Below are positions 62,448 through 64,000 of a stretch of DNA of 64,000 bases, piece by piece (position 1 is the first letter of the stretch; every line of letters begins with the position of its first letter). The stretch lies in the sequence record MK482688.1. One strand, given 5' to 3'. A program made the position numbers and the translations under genes. This DNA is from Escherichia phage vB_EcoM_LMP25. The notes under the pieces are model-generated. The model saw only the letters and a program-made list of their open reading frames with translations, was not told the DNA's origin and did no database searches.

Positions 62448-62947
62448 TTTACGAAGAAAGATATAAGATAGATTATCAGGATACTCGTCATCACACCTCT
62501 TTGAGAGTAACCAAACCAAATGGGGATACCGGTATCATAGCACACTTTGGTGGTGATTATTGGTACGGTACAGGTTGCTTTGAGGGCTACACTCAAGAAT
62601 ACTTGAAAGCTTTCTACAGAGACTTTACAAATGACTACAACAGTGTTGTTGAAGAGAAGAATAAGTGCATTAAGCATGAATACCATGCTAGAGGTTGTCT
62701 GAATATTGCTATGATACTGGTTTTTTTCTTAGCAACATTACTAGCCGTATCAGCAATCAGCTACATAGCTCAAGACTTGACTATCACACAGATTACTGCA
62801 AAGGTATATGATGTTTGGTACTTGTATGCTGTTCCTTTAGCTGGTATCATCATCTCACTACTAAGATTCAGAGTTCATAAGAAACGACTTAAGGACTCTG
62901 AGGTTAAACTTGAAGAGGTAAGTAAAGAATGCAACCTACAATTATAG
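62444..62947 (+). CDS. Hypothetical membrane protein
   Basis: 167 aa with two C-terminal hydrophobic segments. Confidence 0.4.
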   Translation: MIYEERYKIDYQDTRHHTSLRVTKPNGDTGIIAHFGGDYWYGTGCFEGYTQEYLKAFYRDFTNDYNSVVEEKNKCIKHEYHARGCLNIAMILVFFLATLLAVSAISYIAQDLTITQITAKVYDVWYLYAVPLAGIIISLLRFRVHKKRLKDSEVKLEEVSKECNLQL

Positions 62948-63023
62948 CTGTATGTGTTCGTTTTGCAATCGCTGAAATGATTAACAAGGCAATCTTGAAA
63001 GATGCCTATGGAGAAACTAAGTA

Positions 63024-63248
63024 ATGATTAAGACACCTGTACCAATTTTTGGATTTCCTTCTATTGAAGAGTTCAAAGTTTATCTTGACAAAAACTTCTA
63101 CAATGAGCAGCCTGTTACTTTGCTGAAGAGTGACTTATCAGAGCTTCTTGATATGGTTATCAAGGCAACTTCTGAGAAGGAACCTGAGCAGAAAGCTGAG
63201 AAGAAGACTAGTAAGAAATCCGATAAAAAGACTGAAAAGTCTGAGTAG
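63024..63248 (+). CDS. Hypothetical protein (lysine-rich C-terminus)
   Basis: 74 aa. Confidence 0.35.
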   Translation: MIKTPVPIFGFPSIEEFKVYLDKNFYNEQPVTLLKSDLSELLDMVIKATSEKEPEQKAEKKTSKKSDKKTEKSE

Positions 63249-63301
63249 TAGCTTGAGGGGTTATTTGATAGCCCCTTTGTAGAAACTTAAAAGGTAGCGA
63301 A

Positions 63302-63574
63302 ATGACACCAGAATTAGAGGGTATCTCAGGTATCTGTAAGCCTGAAGGTGGTTGGAAAGAAAAAACATACTATATTGTAGATGTTGCATACTCTAATAAA
63401 AATATAATCCACAGAGCAATTATGTACTCAGGTTTTTGTAATGATGATGGAATACCAGAAAACTATAACTGGATTAAGAATGGTAGCTATGAGACAAAGC
63501 ATACAATCTCTGATGCTTACTATTTAAAAGTGGTGGCTGAGTTGCCTGAAGAATTTCAAATTGATAGGATTTAA
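63302..63574 (+). CDS. Hypothetical protein
   Basis: 90 aa. Confidence 0.35.
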   Translation: MTPELEGISGICKPEGGWKEKTYYIVDVAYSNKNIIHRAIMYSGFCNDDGIPENYNWIKNGSYETKHTISDAYYLKVVAELPEEFQIDRI

Positions 63575-63577
63575 GAG

Positions 63578-64000
63578 ATGAAAGAGTACATAGGTAAAGA
63601 ACTTGACGTTGTAGATGCAAAGACACAGAGATATATCTCTACTGTTAAGTTTCTCGGAATGAATGATGCAAATGATGATTACCCTCTCAACTGCATAGTG
63701 CTAGATAAGTTTGTTGCTTGTGGTATTAATTTTAATGAGGATAACTTTATAAGCTTTGATAAGGACGGTCTCTGGCGTGGTAAGAACCATCCTCAAGCAA
63801 ATGAGTTTGATATGCGTCTAGTGATACCACAAAAAGGTAAATCACAAAATGTAAAAGATATCCTTGTAGAAGCCTATGCAGAAGGTATAATAGATGTTGT
63901 GCATGATGTTGAAAAAGCTTTAAAGCTTGTTATGCCACATTTAGAATCTGGAAAGCTGACTTTAGAGATGCTTAATAGGGTTATTCGGAGAGCTTATGAA
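63578..64000 (+). CDS. Hypothetical protein, 5' part (continues beyond the window end)
   Basis: Frame opens at ATG 63578 (MKEYIGKELDVV...) and is uninterrupted to 64000. Confidence 0.35.
   Translation, partial: MKEYIGKELDVVDAKTQRYISTVKFLGMNDANDDYPLNCIVLDKFVACGINFNEDNFISFDKDGLWRGKNHPQANEFDMRLVIPQKGKSQNVKDILVEAYAEGIIDVVHDVEKALKLVMPHLESGKLTLEMLNRVIRRAYE

Overview
This window reads as a contiguous piece of a virulent, AT-rich myovirus genome (Felix-O1-like in gene content). All calls come from manual reading of the sequence and the six-frame translations; no searches or folding programs were run. Layout: (1) 1-14.4 kb, minus strand: nucleotide metabolism and replication (nrdD 5' part, glutaredoxin-like, nrdB, nrdA, GIY-YIG endonuclease, RNase H/FEN-like, acidic-tailed SSB-like protein, T7 gp4-like primase-helicase, dNMP kinase). 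(2) 14.6-25.7 kb, plus strand: family-A DNA polymerase, HNH/AP2 homing endonuclease, ATP-dependent DNA ligase, many small ORFs, an XRE-type HTH protein, DHFR and thymidylate synthase. (3) 25.8-49.5 kb, minus strand: two HxH-rich tail fibres, baseplate, tape measure, chaperone pair, tube, sheath, major capsid, S49 prohead protease, portal, large terminase. (4) 49.8-54.8 kb, minus strand: an array of about 26 tRNA genes with embedded ORFs, dispersed spacer repeats and several structured but unassignable spacers. (5) 55-57 kb, minus strand: a vWA-domain protein directly upstream of the tRNA array. (6) 57.1-64 kb, plus strand: small ORFs, a duplicated-domain pair with three Ig-like repeats, a GH24 lysozyme. 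The most unusual signals are two intergenic arrays at 20.47-20.82 kb and 21.92-22.16 kb that combine GGTNN pentanucleotide-periodic tracts, hairpins with compensatory stem changes and duplicated 34-38 bp boxes, flanking a two-gene cassette of unknown function; and the tRNA array itself (three type-I tRNAs carrying Leu anticodons, a tRNA fragment, a covarying spacer-repeat family) next to a protein with Ro60-like architecture. tRNA boundaries and anticodons are hand-folded and need confirmation.
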